A stretch of DNA of 64,000 nt from contig JBHGNT010000012.1 in the NCBI GenBank assembly GCA_043228905.1, positions 16,678,001 through 16,742,000 on the forward strand. The letters run 5' to 3'. Position 1 is the first letter of the stretch, and every line of letters starts with the position of its first letter. Made by a program: the position numbers and the translations under genes. Positions 47,201 through 61,156 of the stretch are shown piece by piece. The DNA is from Azolla caroliniana (taxonomy: Eukaryota > Plantae > Polypodiophyta). Below the pieces are notes generated by a model. It ran no database searches. It was given only the letters and a program-made list of their open reading frames with translations, and was not told where the DNA came from.

Positions 47201-50200
47201 GGCATTTCAAAAAACTGATAAATAAATGAAGACAGATAATAATGTTAACATTTCTGAAGAGGTTTAAATGTCCTACAAGACCCAGAACTGTCAATCATGA
47301 TATCTCATCAAGCTATGTGAACTGTTACAATCATGATATCTTAAACTATAAAATAATGTACCCACCATACAAATTCATATCCTACTAGACCCTGGATTAA
47401 TCAACCTTACTCCACAATTACCACAGCATACCTTGTCTACGAGATTGATCATGCCATCACTGATTGCCTTATATATTCGAACACTTTCCTTCAAGACCTA
47501 GTAGTAAAATCCTTTCTTGAATGGCTATGGAAACAATTATATTTACACATTTGTCTATCATAATAATAATTTTGCAGATTCCATACCAAATTCAGAGCAC
47601 ACTGAATGATATAATTTGAGTAAGATGCACCTTCAGGCTGAATAAAAAAGAAGATAGCCCATTAGCTTGGCTGACTTGTGAAAATACCAAAACATAAAAT
47701 ACCTCCAATTCATACTTGACACCCCATTGAACGATACAAAAGCTGTTGAAGAGCTGGAAGTTGCTGTAATAAGTCAACTGTATGTAGTTCCTTCATTTTC
47801 TGTATTCATCAGAAATTATTAAAATCTTCCTCTTTAAGTTGGTTATTGGACTAATAAAAATAAAACACATAGTTGACAAATGAGCTAGTGAATATTCCTA
47901 CCAGAATATGATCAGACTCTATGTCACAGCCCAATGTTCTTGAGCATTCCAGGCGTTCTTCTAGGTATAAAGCATATGCACGAACAAAAGCGGAGTAATC
48001 CCATGCTGCAGAGAATGTGTAATATAATGATGTTAAATAAATAAATAGATTGAATTTTAAACCAAAATAATGGGTAGGCAGGCATGGAAAACGGTAAACA
48101 ACTGAGGGAAAATAATATTCTTTAATGGGATGGTTAAACCCTAGCATAATCTAGATAATTTAACCGGGACTCGGAAACTACACAAGGTCTGAGGAGGATG
48201 AATAACTTGAGTAACTATCAAACTGGATATAACTATGTCAGCAATGAGCTGATTTGCTCAGCTTAATCATTCACGATTTGCAGCATATAATGAAATCAGT
48301 AATATATGGAAGTTGCATTCCAACGTATATATTCCATTACCTGAAGAGAAAAACACTACAGAAGCCATTTATTCACCATCATGTTGAAACTATACAGTAT
48401 AAATGAACTACATTCCTAGTAGGAAGTACTAGGATTCATATATACATATATGTGCATGTGTAAATGTATGTGTATATGTACATGTGCACGTTTTGTTTTT
48501 TAGTAAAACTTTTATTACTAGTGGGAAACCTCAAAGTGAGGTGAAAACCCACAAAGAATAAAGAAAAATATACAAGTGTCAATAGACATTAAAGAGCTTA
48601 AAAGCACTCAAAGAAAAATATACAAGTGTGATGTCTCTAAGTTGCAGACAATCAAATAGAGATTGCCTAAGGGATTTCTTAAAGAAGCTAACTTCATGTA
48701 GTTGGTTTTGATCAAAGACCTTATTATTGCGGGCTGTCCAAATGGTCCAAAGTGCCCAAAATTGTGTCCATTGGAGAAAATAGGCATTGCCAGATAGGGC
48801 GCATGGAATTTGTCCAAATAGCCAATAGTGTTTACCAAACCTCCGGCCAGGAAATCTGTGATAAGGAGATGCACTACTCTGCCTACTTCTGTACCCAATG
48901 CTAATTAAATACAATGATCAACGTATTAAGCTTTTTATCACTTACACAGATTTATAAGCAGATTAAGCCACAGAAAAGGTCACCACTGCGGCTTTTAGAA
49001 TATCATAATAACAAATGTAACAATTATGAAGTATTCAAAGTAAATCCATATCATAGGTGAGGAAATGGTGGAAAGAGCATCTAGTGGCACTTCAGAAGGA
49101 AGATTTGCAATAAATAAAAATAGCTCTGCATAACACTAAACCCTCCAGCAATAAATTACGTGAGAGGGATTATGACATACCACTAGGACTCGAATCATCC
49201 TTGAAATTAGATAGATTGAATGCAAGCCTTCTTGACTGTGAAAAATGCACAAGTTCCTCTCTGAATGTTGGATCTCCATCTCTCAAGGTGCGATGGACTA
49301 CCATCAAAGTCTTTAATGCAACCTATTTAGAAACCAGAAAAAGACTATTAAATTTGCACATCAGACCTGCAAAAGAATTTTAGTAATTTGAAAAGTAAAC
49401 CTAGCTTACAGTCCAATTGTGAGTCTTTTCAATTCGTCTTGCAAGTGCATGAATACAATATGCCACATCTGCTCTCGGTCTAGCTACAGATGTAGCTGCA
49501 AAGATGGCTGTAAATTGGAACAGAGCAACAAAGGCATTGAATTTAATCAGAATAGCAAGAAAACAAAAAAAACATAATTTAATGACTAAATTGAATTAAA
49601 CAATAATAGAATAAACATTTTTATTAAGAAAAAAAATCATAAAAAATATTCATCTTCAAATCAGTAATAGAATAAACATTTTCATTAAGAAACGATATAA
49701 ACATAATCAGCAATTAAGAAAGAAAGCACATAAATAGCATGTAAAGCAGACGGGAAAATAAGGCATAAATTTAATGAATAAGTGTTTAAGCATTAAACCT
49801 TAAGGTGTTTCCTTTTTTCTTAAACACAATAGAAGAGCAGTAATTACTTTTCACGTGCTTCTCCTTGGGCACACACTCTACATGGTTTGTCGCTTTAACA
49901 ATTGCTATATCGAGATCCTGCAAAAGCAAACAAATGTAACAAAAATCCTATCAGATCTAACTCAAAGGCTCGCCATCCAGAATTAAAATTTAAATACGAG
50001 ATGAGAAAGGATTTCAATAATCATAATAAGCTAAATTAGGCAGCAAGAAGATGCAATTTCTCCTGGTTAAATCCACTTTGGATTATTGAATGCACTTTAA
50101 ATAATCAAGACAGAAAGTCCTTTCAACAGAAAAAAAAAAAAGGATTTTCAACAGGTAGAAGGATTAAATTCGTGAGAAAGAAGAAGCAATTCCTTCTTGA

Positions 50201-52272
50201 TTAAGACCAACTTCCAGGTGAATCATCCCAGATTAATGAATGCAAATTAAATAATGACCAAAAAACGCATTTCTACCGACAATGACTTTCCACAGGCACT
50301 TGAACTAAATTAGGGAGATAGAGGTAATGTCTTGCTGATGGAGTTCAACTTTCAGGTGAATCATCCAAGATTAATGAATGCACTTTAATAATTACCAACG
50401 GACCTGACGCATTTCAACAGAGAGAGAGAAAATCGGACTTTTCAAAAGCATAAAGGGCTCTATTAGGGACAACAAAGGAAAATATTTCTTACTGCTTAAA
50501 TCCAACATTTCAGCTCTGTATCCAAGGTTAATTAATAAACGATGCACATCAGGTCATAAAAAGATCTTGAGGCATTTCAAGAGAAACAAAGAAGACTAAA
50601 TTGGGGAGATGTAAGAAACAACTTATGACTCCAACTCTTGCAGTATTTCAACAGCAACAAGTGTAGGGAGAAGTAAAGAAGCACTTTTCTGCAATAACTC
50701 CTTTCCACAGACTGAGGTGAAGGAAGAAGTAATCTATCCAATGATTGAAGGATTGTATTTAGGCGTTCTAACCGAATAATTGTGACTAAATAAGGGAGAA
50801 AGAAGAGATGATTTCTTCCTGATTTAGTTCAACTTGCTGGTCAATCATACAAGATCAATGGAAAGAAAGGAAAATTCTCCTTATTTATGTCCAAGTTCAG
50901 AAGCAATTTCTCCTCAATTATGAATGCAAATCAGTTAATCAACAGAACTTGAAGCATTTTGACAGGAAAGAAGTCACTAAATTAGGGAGAGAAAATCCTA
51001 ATTAATCCCATCCAATATGCATGCCTTCCAAAGAATTAACATTTTCAAGAACATCAAAAACTAAAATGGGCAGAAAAAAGAACTAATTTCATACAATATA
51101 TATCCAGATTGCAGGTAATGTATTGAAGATTAATGGAGTCACATCAGATAATCAGCAGACGGATGACTCTTCAAAATTTTGATTACATGTAGGGAGAAGA
51201 TAAAAGCTATTTTTCTCCTAAATAAGTCCATTTTTAGATCAAAATCGATAGATAGAGGTCTTTCAACACACTAAATAGGAGCTCCAATAGGAAGAATCAA
51301 GCAGAAATGTATTCCTCAATCGACTGATCTCTCCTGACTTAAGTTCAAACTAGGAAGTTGTTAAATTAGGCAGAATATCAACCTGTAGCAATCTTCTGAT
51401 TAAGCTCAACTTGCAGGTAATCAACAGGTCTTTCAGCGTGAAACGAATGACGAGATTAGGGAGAAAGATGAAAAAGAAGAGGCGGAGGAGGGTTCACACA
51501 TTGTTACAGCAGACCAAGGACAATTATGGATGAAAAATAACTAAGTTCAGGAGAAAAAGAAAAGACAAGCTTCGAAATACGACTTACCAAGAGAAGGAGA
51601 CGAGGAGGAGGAGGACTAAATCAAGAAGGAATGACTAAATTAACGAAGGTGCGACAGAGGTTAATTCAACAAAGAAAAAGATGAATAAATTAGGGACAGA
51701 CAAAAAGACGGAAGAAAAGATGATTAAATTGGGAGAAGTTGCGAAAAGAAAAGGTACGGAGAAGAACAAGAATCAGAATACGTTTAAGTTGCAATCAGCA
51801 GAAGAAAAGTGAAACGAGACAGAAGATGCATACCTCGCAAAATTGAATTTGTTAAGAAGAAAGAAGGAAATCGACGAAGGAGAATATAGCTTGTACATTG
51901 AGCTCTTGAAAGAAAAGAAAGGGAGGAGAAAGAAGAAGGGATTCGTAGCTAGTAATCACTATTGAAGAAGAAGAAGAAGAAGAAGAAGAAGGAATCGGAC
52001 ATAGCTTACGATCAGAACCACTGTAAAAGAAGATGAAAGGAGGAGGAGGGAAAAGGAAGGATTACAAAGAAGGAGAAAGAAGAAAGAGGGCATACCTTTC
52101 AATCCAATGATGAAGGAAAGGAAGGAAGAAGAGGAAATTGAACGAAGGAAGGAAACGAAGATTATACCTTGTTATCACTGCTGATCTGCGCAATTCCGAC
52201 CTTGGTGGAATCTTTGATGGCTCCAAGGAGCCAGCGTATGCTGGCCTGAGTACTAGAACCTCCAGCAGCCAT
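44224..52272 (-). CDS. ANTH-domain clathrin assembly protein (PICALM/AP180 family), 15 exons, 585 aa
   Basis: GT-AG exons in consistent phase: 52168-52272, 49848-49917, 49410-49507, 49181-49322, 47902-48005, 47716-47799, 47587-47637, 47432-47497, 47149-47214, 46981-47061, 46804-46887, 46482-46655, 46200-46266, 45944-46074, 44224-44658 (1758 nt). Motifs [71 protein letters not shown] and DPF. Confidence 0.95.
48490..48900 (-). mobile_element. LINE (L1-type) 3' fragment in intron 4 of the ANTH gene
   Basis: [16 protein letters not shown], with a T-run at ~48490-48502 corresponding to an A-rich tail on the minus strand. Confidence 0.65.
50030..51740. repeat. Highly degenerate tandem array in intron 1 of the ANTH gene
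   Basis: CTAAATTAGGGAGA-like and CAACTT.CAGGTGAATCATCC-like motifs recur about every 90-190 bp. Confidence 0.55.
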
Positions 52273-52283
52273 CGCTACCCGCA

Positions 52284-52702
52284 CTTCTTCTTCTTCTTCT
52301 TCTTCTTCTTCTGGCTGGCGTAATGACGATAAGAAGATGATGATGATGATGAAAACGAAGATGGATGATCTGTGATGATGGATTATGGAGGATTAGCTTT
52401 CTGCTATGGAAAACCTGTACAGATCATGATCGAATCCCTGACACAGAACTACACAGACGCACACACAGACAAGAGAGAGAGAGAATCAAGAGAGAGAGAG
52501 AGAGAGCGAGAGAGACTCTGAAAGGAAACATCATTGATTCTTTCTCTCTCTCTCTCTCTCTGTCTCTCTACACCCACACACACTGTCTGTCTCTCTCTCT
52601 CTCTCTATACACTCACGTGTCTCAGTCCCTCTCTCTCTACACCCACACACTGTCGCACTCTCTCTCTCTCTCTCTCTCTACACACTGTGTGTTAGAGAGA
52701 GA
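52284..52702. repeat. Microsatellites (TTC)n, (GAT)n, (GA)n and (CT)n in the 5' UTR/promoter of the ANTH gene
   Basis: Directly visible. Also (GAA)n at ~51964-51990 and (CT)n at ~44191-44213. Confidence 0.9.
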
Positions 52703-52704
52703 GC

Positions 52705-52847
52705 TAAACCGGTTCCCAAACCGGTTAAGGCTTAATCAATTAGGCTAAACCGGTTTAGGAGCCCGAACCGGATTAAGCCTTAACCGGTTGGTTTGGACAA
52801 AGGGCCAAAACCGATTAAGCCGAAATCGAACCGTTACTGATTTGTAG
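52705..52847. mobile_element. Partial MITE of the AACCG family
   Basis: AAACCGGTT repeats ending GAACCGTTACTGATTTGTA, a degenerate TIR. Confidence 0.55.
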
Positions 52848-53079
52848 GAGTAATCAATCAAATCCATGAGTGTCGAATTTTTGGCACATGACAAGGACAC
52901 AAGGATAGGAGGGGCCAAGGAATGCCCTTTTCAGGTATGGATAATCGACACTCCATTAAGTGAGAGGGGGAGCATCTTCTCGATATGGTGGCTGATGACG
53001 TCAAGGGTGGTCTTCATGATCCAGAATGCTCTAAACATGGCACTCTTTCATTCATCCATCCATGCCCGTCCCGTCTCGC

Positions 53080-53349
53080 TAGGTATCTGTAACGGCTCAG
53101 TTTCGGCTTAACCGGTTTGGCTGGCTTGCCTTAACCGGTTTGGGAGTTTCCAAACTTGAACCAAACCGATTCCTAAACCGGTTTAGCCAAGCCGATTAAG
53201 CCTTGACCGGTTTGGTTTGAGCCATCCCAAATTGAGCTCAACCGGTTAAGGAAGCTCAACCCTAAACCAAACCAATCTGAACTGCCAAACCATTTAAAAC
53301 GGTTTAACGGCTCGGATAAAGGCTTGAGCCGAGCCGTTGCCGATTCCTA
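53080..53349. mobile_element. hAT-like MITE, inverted relative of 36573-36828
   Basis: TAGGTATCTGTAACGG ... CCGTTGCCGATTCCTA. Flanks CGTCTCGC and TGTCTTGT differ only by C/T transitions, consistent with an 8-bp TSD. Confidence 0.75.
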
Positions 53350-55439
53350 TGTCTTGTCATCCTTGGACACACTAGTTGGAATCTTCACCCCTTAATTCCT
53401 GGAATCCTCTCTCCACAAGGTGCTTTTTTCGGGTGCATCAAGAGTTTACTTTTCACCGTCATTTAGCTTGACCAATGCAATTCCATAACAACTTTTAGAA
53501 GTTTGTGATTCCAATGTAAAACCAAATACATGTATCAAGTGAATCATCAAATTTGTTATTGGCATGTCAATGTTCGATTAATACTTTTGACAACTTTGAG
53601 CCAAGCATATGAAATTGCTTGATGATTGTGAAAATAACTCAAAACGGGAAAAAAAAAATGTCACAATACATTATACAATGGACTTTAAGACCCTATCACA
53701 AATAATTCTTGTCGGTTCTTCGGTTATCTATTGAATTTCAAAAATCCTGATATAAAAGCATGATGGTGGTGGTGGGGGTCCAAATCCTGTGCTTCACAAT
53801 TGAAGGTAAAGGCCACCTCCAAATGTTGAGCAATGAGGTGGACGTTTTATTCATTAACATAATTTTAGCTTTAGATCATGCACACTGATAAATTGGTTGT
53901 ACAAAAGAGACGACTCTAGTAACCAAGATTAATGCAATTAAGTCTGCCTTATTCCACACTTATCTTGATGGAATCCCATTTATGAGAGCCTATGATGAGC
54001 CTTTTTGCTAAAGTAGCGGGCCCCGAAGGCCAATGCTACTTAGGCGTTCATGATGTGAGTATGACTTTTTTGAATGCTTGGTTTAGTAGAATCCCATTTA
54101 CAAGAGCTTACAAAAAGACTTTCGTAAAAGCGCCGGGGTCTACAATGTCATAGCCCAAGAGATCATAAAAATTGTATGTATCTCTTGCCGTTGTGGAGGC
54201 ACATGATTGGAACGAGTAAAATCGAAACTAAAATCTGAATTAGATATTAGAAACCATTAGAAGGAAATAAATCATTCAAAGAACATTCAACGAGGAAGTA
54301 CGCCGTTGAATAATGCATGAGTACAATAATCTTGATGGTGCGAGCCATGCTAATAGGATCTAATAGGCAGTTTGACGGTCATATGAGAATTGCATGTGAA
54401 CCTAACAATGAAATCAATGTCAACTCACTCAAAATATGCGCATGAGAGATGTTTGCTTTGTTAGTTCCATATGTGAAGGGATATACATGGTGAAATGGTG
54501 TGTGGACAAACGGTAACCACTATTACCACTATTGTTGTTGTTGTTGTTGTAACAACAATAGTAATGCTTGTACATCGCCCTCCTTTCGACACTTACCCTC
54601 TTTATAATGCTATTCCCTGCATATCAAGCCATGACCTTTTGAATGAACCTTTGATAGCATTGAATGTTATGATTCATTTTAAACCCCTTTGGTGGTAGGA
54701 AGTAAATTTGTAAAACACTTTCAAGACGATGCAAAAGCTTGGGTGATCTCAAACTACAAATATGAGCCACCCCCTTGAGCGTTTACATGTGTTGAAATGC
54801 AACTTTGCCCACATAAAGACAAAGTACCTCCACTTTTTCCATGGAAAGCGACCCATAGAGCAATTTTACCTAAAGAAACCTACTAGTGCATACGATCTCA
54901 AACAAACAAGATTATTCTGGCAAAAGGTTAGTGTGTGTTATCTAGAATTAAAATTATGAAACATCCACTTGAACTTCTATTTGTTTTAAAGTGTGACATT
55001 GTGCAAATCAAAACATACACTTGTTTTGGATAACCACCGAGCAATCGATCACATTGTTAGTAGTCACCTTTTTGTTTTCAATGTGGAATTTTATAGTTGT
55101 ACGATTGCTTAGCCTAAAATATATTTGTAAGATGTGCATGATATCAATCAAACAAGATTATTATTGAACCTTTTTTTAAAGATAAAGGTCGATTTTATCA
55201 TTTTGAGCCTAGGGTTGTGGAAAGCGAATTTGTAAAGTCGTCGTTTTAGGTTATAAATTAATGAAGAGATATTACTTGCACACAAACACACACTGTCTCT
55301 CTCTCTCTTATTATTATCGTACGTACCTTACTTAATTGTTACACTACAAGCTACAAGCGCTATGTCTTAGGTTCGAAACCCAATTATCTCACCTCTCTAC
55401 TAGATACTTCATATATTTCTCTTTTTAATTCACTAGATG

Positions 55440-55516
55440 CCATTGTGGAATGTAGGGGTTGAACCCATGACCTCATGGTCTCCATCGGACAACCTTACCA
55501 ACTAAGCTACATCCAT
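55440..55516 (-). mobile_element. tRNA-derived SINE-like element
   Basis: Minus strand GGATGTAGCTTAGTTGGTAAGG...GAGGTCATGGGTTCAACCCC has A and B boxes but no proper cloverleaf. A related 5' half lies at ~56629-56675 (+). Confidence 0.6.
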
Positions 55517-57054
55517 CTAGTCTCTCTCTCTGGTGAAAACACATAATTATAATAAAAGTGTGTGAAAAACACTACTTAAAATGGGTGTCACAATGGATTA
55601 TGGTCATTCACTACTACACTACATGGGAAGTGGAACATATCAAAATGCCAATAAGCAAGATGAACACTCCACTAAGGAAAAAATTTCCATTTGCTCCAAT
55701 AAAGAAATTTGCCATATTAGTACTCCCTTCAACTTTCGCAAATATGTTTTCACTCCATGCCTATCATCAAATACAAAAGCATTGCACATATCCCTCCTCT
55801 CTCTTTGTCTCTCCTCCCCCCGGTGTACATTGGTTTCTCTATCTCATTCTCTGTGTTTGAGTATTTCAAACAAGTGACCAATTTTGCACAAGGATACTCT
55901 CTTTTAGAGTTTATCCTTCTCTCTTTGGCAACTTGTGATCATGCAGTGTTGTTGCTCTTTTGTAAATACAAAACATATTTATGTTTGAGTCCTAATGTTC
56001 AATACAAAATATGTCGACTTGCATGCAAATAACTTCCTTGAACTCAAACCAAAACTTTCTTACACTTCAACCAATCATATCCAAAAGTACTGCTTGCTTT
56101 CCTAGCAACTTCTTTGTAACGTATGGTCCTCATGGGGCATCTAAATCCCTTTTGTCTTGTTCTTCGAAATGATCATAAATATCAAAGCTACTCACATAAC
56201 CAAAAACCTCATTCTTGTTTCAACAATCTCTCGATCCTTGATGATGTTATGATGCATATGTATATACATATTATATAAAGGATCATAATTATACCATATT
56301 TGTGAAAGAAAAAAATTGTTGTAGGGGTCCTACGCTTCATCCAATATATAACCCACATGCTAACAATAAGCAAACACAAAGACTTGTGACATACATTAGC
56401 AATACTTTCGATACACTATTGTATCAAATGCCTTTACATTTGTAATGATAGTATGAAAGTCTTTCTCATGTGCCAAATATTAAATGTAAAGCCTTTAAGA
56501 CCCCTAATAGGAATTTAACTAAGTACTACATGCATGCTACTCAAAAGGTCAAACTTTGGTGTGAGCTTTAGTAAGTATCAATTCAATACATGCAAGAGAG
56601 GATATATTATAAATGCTTAGACCAAAATGAGTGTAGCTTAGTTGGTAAGTTGTTTAGTGGAGATCGTATGGTCATTAATTGGTCAACCACTAAAGAGTAT
56701 TATTGTTTATCAACATGCACAAGGAGCCACGTGCCATTAGCATGACCATTGCAATTCGGCACATAACATTACTATGATGTTGCCATCTTCACTTGGGAGT
56801 AGATTTGATTCCTTGCCCAAGAATACTTGTGGACTTATCTGTGTACGCATATACAAAGAGACATGGCCTAAAACATGACATGCACTTTTATACATTAAAA
56901 GAGACGTTAATTTTACATGTGATACAATGTTTGTTTTACACTGAATTACATGCTATAATATGAACTTTTAAATGCCATGTGATTTCATATGCAATACATT
57001 CATTTTATAATAGAGATGAATACGCATGATACTCATGCATATAACATTTGAGAC

Positions 57055-57424
57055 TAACAATTGGCAAAACCAAACAGTCTAATTTTTTTGAAACTTGAAC
57101 CGAACCGTTAAAAAAAAATCAGAACCATTAAACTACTAAAACAACGGTTTTAGTTCAAAATTCAAAATTCTCAAAAATTTGAAGATCTTCCTAAATGTGA
57201 GAATTAGGTTTTAAAATGATTTTTTTTTTGTAAATAAAAAATAAAAAATAAAAAACTCAAAAAAAATTTAAAATTTAAAATTTAAACAATTAAAAAAATA
57301 TTAAAATACTATTAAACCGTTTAAATTGTGGTTTCTAACATTAAAACCGAATTGAACCATTTAAAAGGTTAAGCCGCAATTTCGTTGTTCGGTTCGATTC
57401 AAACCGAACCATTGCCGACTATTA
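57055..57424. mobile_element. hAT-like MITE, decayed relative of 37122-37568
   Basis: TAACAATTGGCAA ... CCATTGCCGACTATTA; shared interior CCTAAATGTGAGAAT; flanks TTTGAGAC and TTAGAGAT (6/8). Confidence 0.7.
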
Positions 57425-57449
57425 TTAGAGATATAAGACATGTATACTC

Positions 57450-58700
57450 ATGTTTTTTTTTGAGATATAATGATATTACGATTGTGAATTCACAAAATGA
57501 AAACCCACAAAGAATATGAAACATTCCAAATAAATGTGCGCTACTTGAACATACTAACATTGACCACATTGGACAATTAACAACACATATGTCTCAGTCC
57601 ACTCAATAAACAATACAAACAATTAACCAATGGATGAACTTATTGTAATTAATTTTTTGTTTGCACATTGTCGAGTAGACGTCAATATATAGTCATGCAA
57701 TTGAATTAGAGTAAAAACATTGCTCATCAAGCACTTTAAGTGTTTTACATTATGTTTTGCAATTTTCTTCACTATTTAGGAAAGAGGACACTTGTGCACA
57801 CAGATAAACCAAAGGATTTTGATGCTTATGCAATGCAATCTTTGTATAGATCAATTTTCGTTAATTAACGAATACCTTGGTGCTTATTGTTATTAGCATG
57901 AAGGTTCGTGAATAATCTCTAAGCAATCGGGTTCAAGTCATGATGGGCCACATGTTCATCTATTATATATCTTGTGCTATGTTTAATAAATAGGACATAA
58001 TTAGGAATTACGACTTTCATGTCACCAATCTCAAGTTTTTTTTTTTTCCAAAAAGGAGATATACATTAGTATTAGAAAACGCCATAAGGCTATACATACA
58101 AGACATACTGCAAATCCCTTTTTTTCTAAAGATTATGCACAATCTTTGTCCAAATCCCAAAAATAATTTGGGTTGGCCTTTTAGTCCATTTTGAAATAAC
58201 TTCATTCAAGCATCAAGCCTTCCAAATATACCAAATTGTAATACTACTTACCAATTGCCATATTTGAGGTTTATCAGTCTCTATTTGTGGATTCAATGAT
58301 ATCAATTTTTTCCTAATCAAACCATTTCTCATCACAATAGCATCTACAACCTCCTCTTGTTCATATAACATAGGTTTATCTTGCACCACCCATAATACCG
58401 CTCCCCATGTATACCCTGCTCGAAGATATACTAATATTAATAATGTTATGATTCGTTTCCATATGTCCATAGCAAAACCACAACTCCACAAACGAATGCT
58501 TAGCTATCTCTACTAGATCCAAACAAAAAAGGCACATCTTGTCTACATTCCCTTTTTACCACCCATTAATTGGTATAGCTTTATGAACCAACAACCAATG
58601 GAAACAAACAATTTTTCTACTCATTTTTATACCCCACCAATCTCACGTTCACGAACACATTTACAACTTGATCCATATTCAAACTGTTTTGCAAAGGGTG
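57450..58700 (-). mobile_element. Decayed LINE (L1-type) 3' region
   Basis: WSCGFAMDIWKRI..IWQLVSSITIWYIWKA. TGAAAACCCACAAAGAATA is shared with the intronic LINE end at ~48542. Boundaries approximate. Confidence 0.6.
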
Positions 58701-60127
58701 GAAAACTCCACATGATATTTGGGCAATCTATGGAGGATAATTATATGCTTGTGACGTGACTCACTTGATTAATAACAAAAAAATGGACAATTCGAAATAA
58801 TAAATCATGGGTCCTCCCAATAGGACTCAAAATTGTTTATGTTATGGTTATGCCAACCAACAACATGCCATGCTCCTCACATTTCCACCATTTTAGACAC
58901 TTTTTTGTAACACAAACAAAAAAGGAGATCCCTAGGTAAAATGCTAAATTTTGGAATCCAATGCAAGGCCCCATGTATTTCCTAAAAGAAAAAATCATCA
59001 CTTAATCTAGTACAAGCACAACATTTCATCTTATAACATAGAAAACTGCAACCACCTAATGTGCCTCATAATTTACTTTTTCCCATTACTTGATTCTCTA
59101 GGTCACACAAACAAGAATAGGAAATGACATGATGGCAAGGAGGCATTGTAACATGCAGCAATCCTTGCATTAGAAGGGGTTGCCAAAATGTTGTTCCGAT
59201 ATGGTTAGAATAACAAGAAAAGAAATATAATGTGTGGCAATAAGGAGATTAATGATAGGGTGTAGAATTTTCCTTCCTAGTATCCACTTGTAGAAGAGAT
59301 TCTAAAAAATAAGCTTCAAAAGTGAACAATTCAAAATGTCCACTTACTTTAAATTCTCTCTGCTCATAGAGAAGGAAGACTGTGCATCACAAGGAGATTC
59401 TCAGCCCTACAACGTGAAATGTCAACTTAGAAAGTGACACCTGCACATCATATCATACTATTTTCTTTTACTTTATTTGATTATTGTACATAATATTGGG
59501 GTGAATTCTCAACCAAGTTACACAACCAGATAAGACACAAAAATATGAGGAAGTTTTGATTGGTGGTTATTTCCTATGTAAAATAAAAACATGGACCATT
59601 ATTGAATGCAAGAAAATGAAAGAAGAGTCTAAACAATTGTTCATGTATACAAACATGAGCTAAATGACCCACTACGTTAATATGTTATAGTGGGTGCCCT
59701 TTATGTTACTCAAGATCAAATGAAGAGAACCTTCAGATGTGAAATGAATGTACTCGAACACAGCATATTTACTTTACTAGAATGAGGTTAAAAGAGTTCA
59801 CATAATTCCTGATCTATGTTTCTATATAAACAAGAAATTAAATTCATAAGACCAATCCAATAATTTATGCTGTTAGCAAATATTTTTATGAATTTAGTTA
59901 CACAATTCCAGACTTAAGTGTGTGAAGAAAACAAAATTATATCTAGTTTAACACAATATTAGAATCCAAAATCTGTTTACAAATGGATTCTAATCAGCCG
60001 TTTATCACTGGATGTCATATATAACATATTCAAGACGAAATCTCAGGCAAGATCTCCTCAACAGATGCAACACATATACATATATACATAACAAATCTGA
60101 CCCATCTCCAGAAGAAACACTTGCATG

Positions 60128-61156
60128 TTATTTGGGCACTCTCTTAAGAAACACCATCAGAAGCACAGCAACAGCTAACATCATACAAGAAGCCACAGTC
60201 TTGTCCAAAGCATTGGTGTTTTCTTTAGATAGGAAAGCTTTCTCGAAGGATGTATATATTGAATTAAGTAGAACTAATACCTTCTGGAATATCCCCAACA
60301 CTTTCTCTGAGACAATGTCATAAACCTTTGAAGTCATGTTTACAAGGCCGATGTATCCTTTTTCACGTTTATCCTTTTCATCATTGGAGTGCTCTGCACA
60401 ACAAGAACAATTGCCCCTATTTAAGAAGAATTCATCGAAAATTTTCAAAGAAATTTGTTTTGTAATATTTTTGGAAGAACTCTGAATTTCCCTTTGACAA
60501 ATTAAGTTTCTGTTATTTCCCAACAAACTAGTGGTCAGCCCCAAAGACGATGAATGGAAATAAATGGCTGAAGTGCTCAAGAGGGGGTGTAACTAAGATG
60601 CATTTGAGGAAATACAGAAATACTAAGGGGCATTTTCAGAGTTTTTCTCTACTACTTTTCACCTTCACATGTACCATGTATGGAAGATTGATCATTTGCC
60701 AACTCTTGTAGTTTCTCATTACTTAGCATTGCTTTCCAGACTGCTTGATCAGAAGCCAAAGATTTGACAACATCCTGAGTCATTCATTATAACAAATACA
60801 ATATTTAGAATTTGCAATGAAGATTTCAAGAGGCCAACAAGTGAAGCATGGCACAAGCAACAGTAGAAGGTTCCACCCACTCCTTCCACAACTGAGTAAA
60901 GCTATTATTGACACAAAGGCAAACCTGAACTTTCGGGTTTGTCTGAAGAAGGTGAAATGCTTCCATTACAGATCTACTCCTTTCAGCTGGCATTACGATA
61001 TCACTAGAAGGTTTTGCAAATGGCCTAGAGATTCTCCTTATCTGCTGGTCAGATATATTGTAATCATCATCTTCTTCTTCTGCTTCTTCTTCTCCATCAA
61101 ATAAGATGCCTGATGTAAATGATGTTTCTGCCATGTCAACAGATGCAGGCAACGAT
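60128..61156 (-). CDS. 3' exons of a conserved uncharacterised plant protein (resembles the UCP012943 family) with a C-terminal transmembrane helix; 5' exon(s) not found in the window
   Basis: Exons 60925-61156, 60675 (or 60663)-60774 and 60128-60567, GT-AG and in phase. EAFHLLQTNPKVQ|DVVKSLASDQAVWKAMLSNE; ends CMMLAVAVLLMVFLKRVPK. Family name from memory. Confidence 0.75.
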
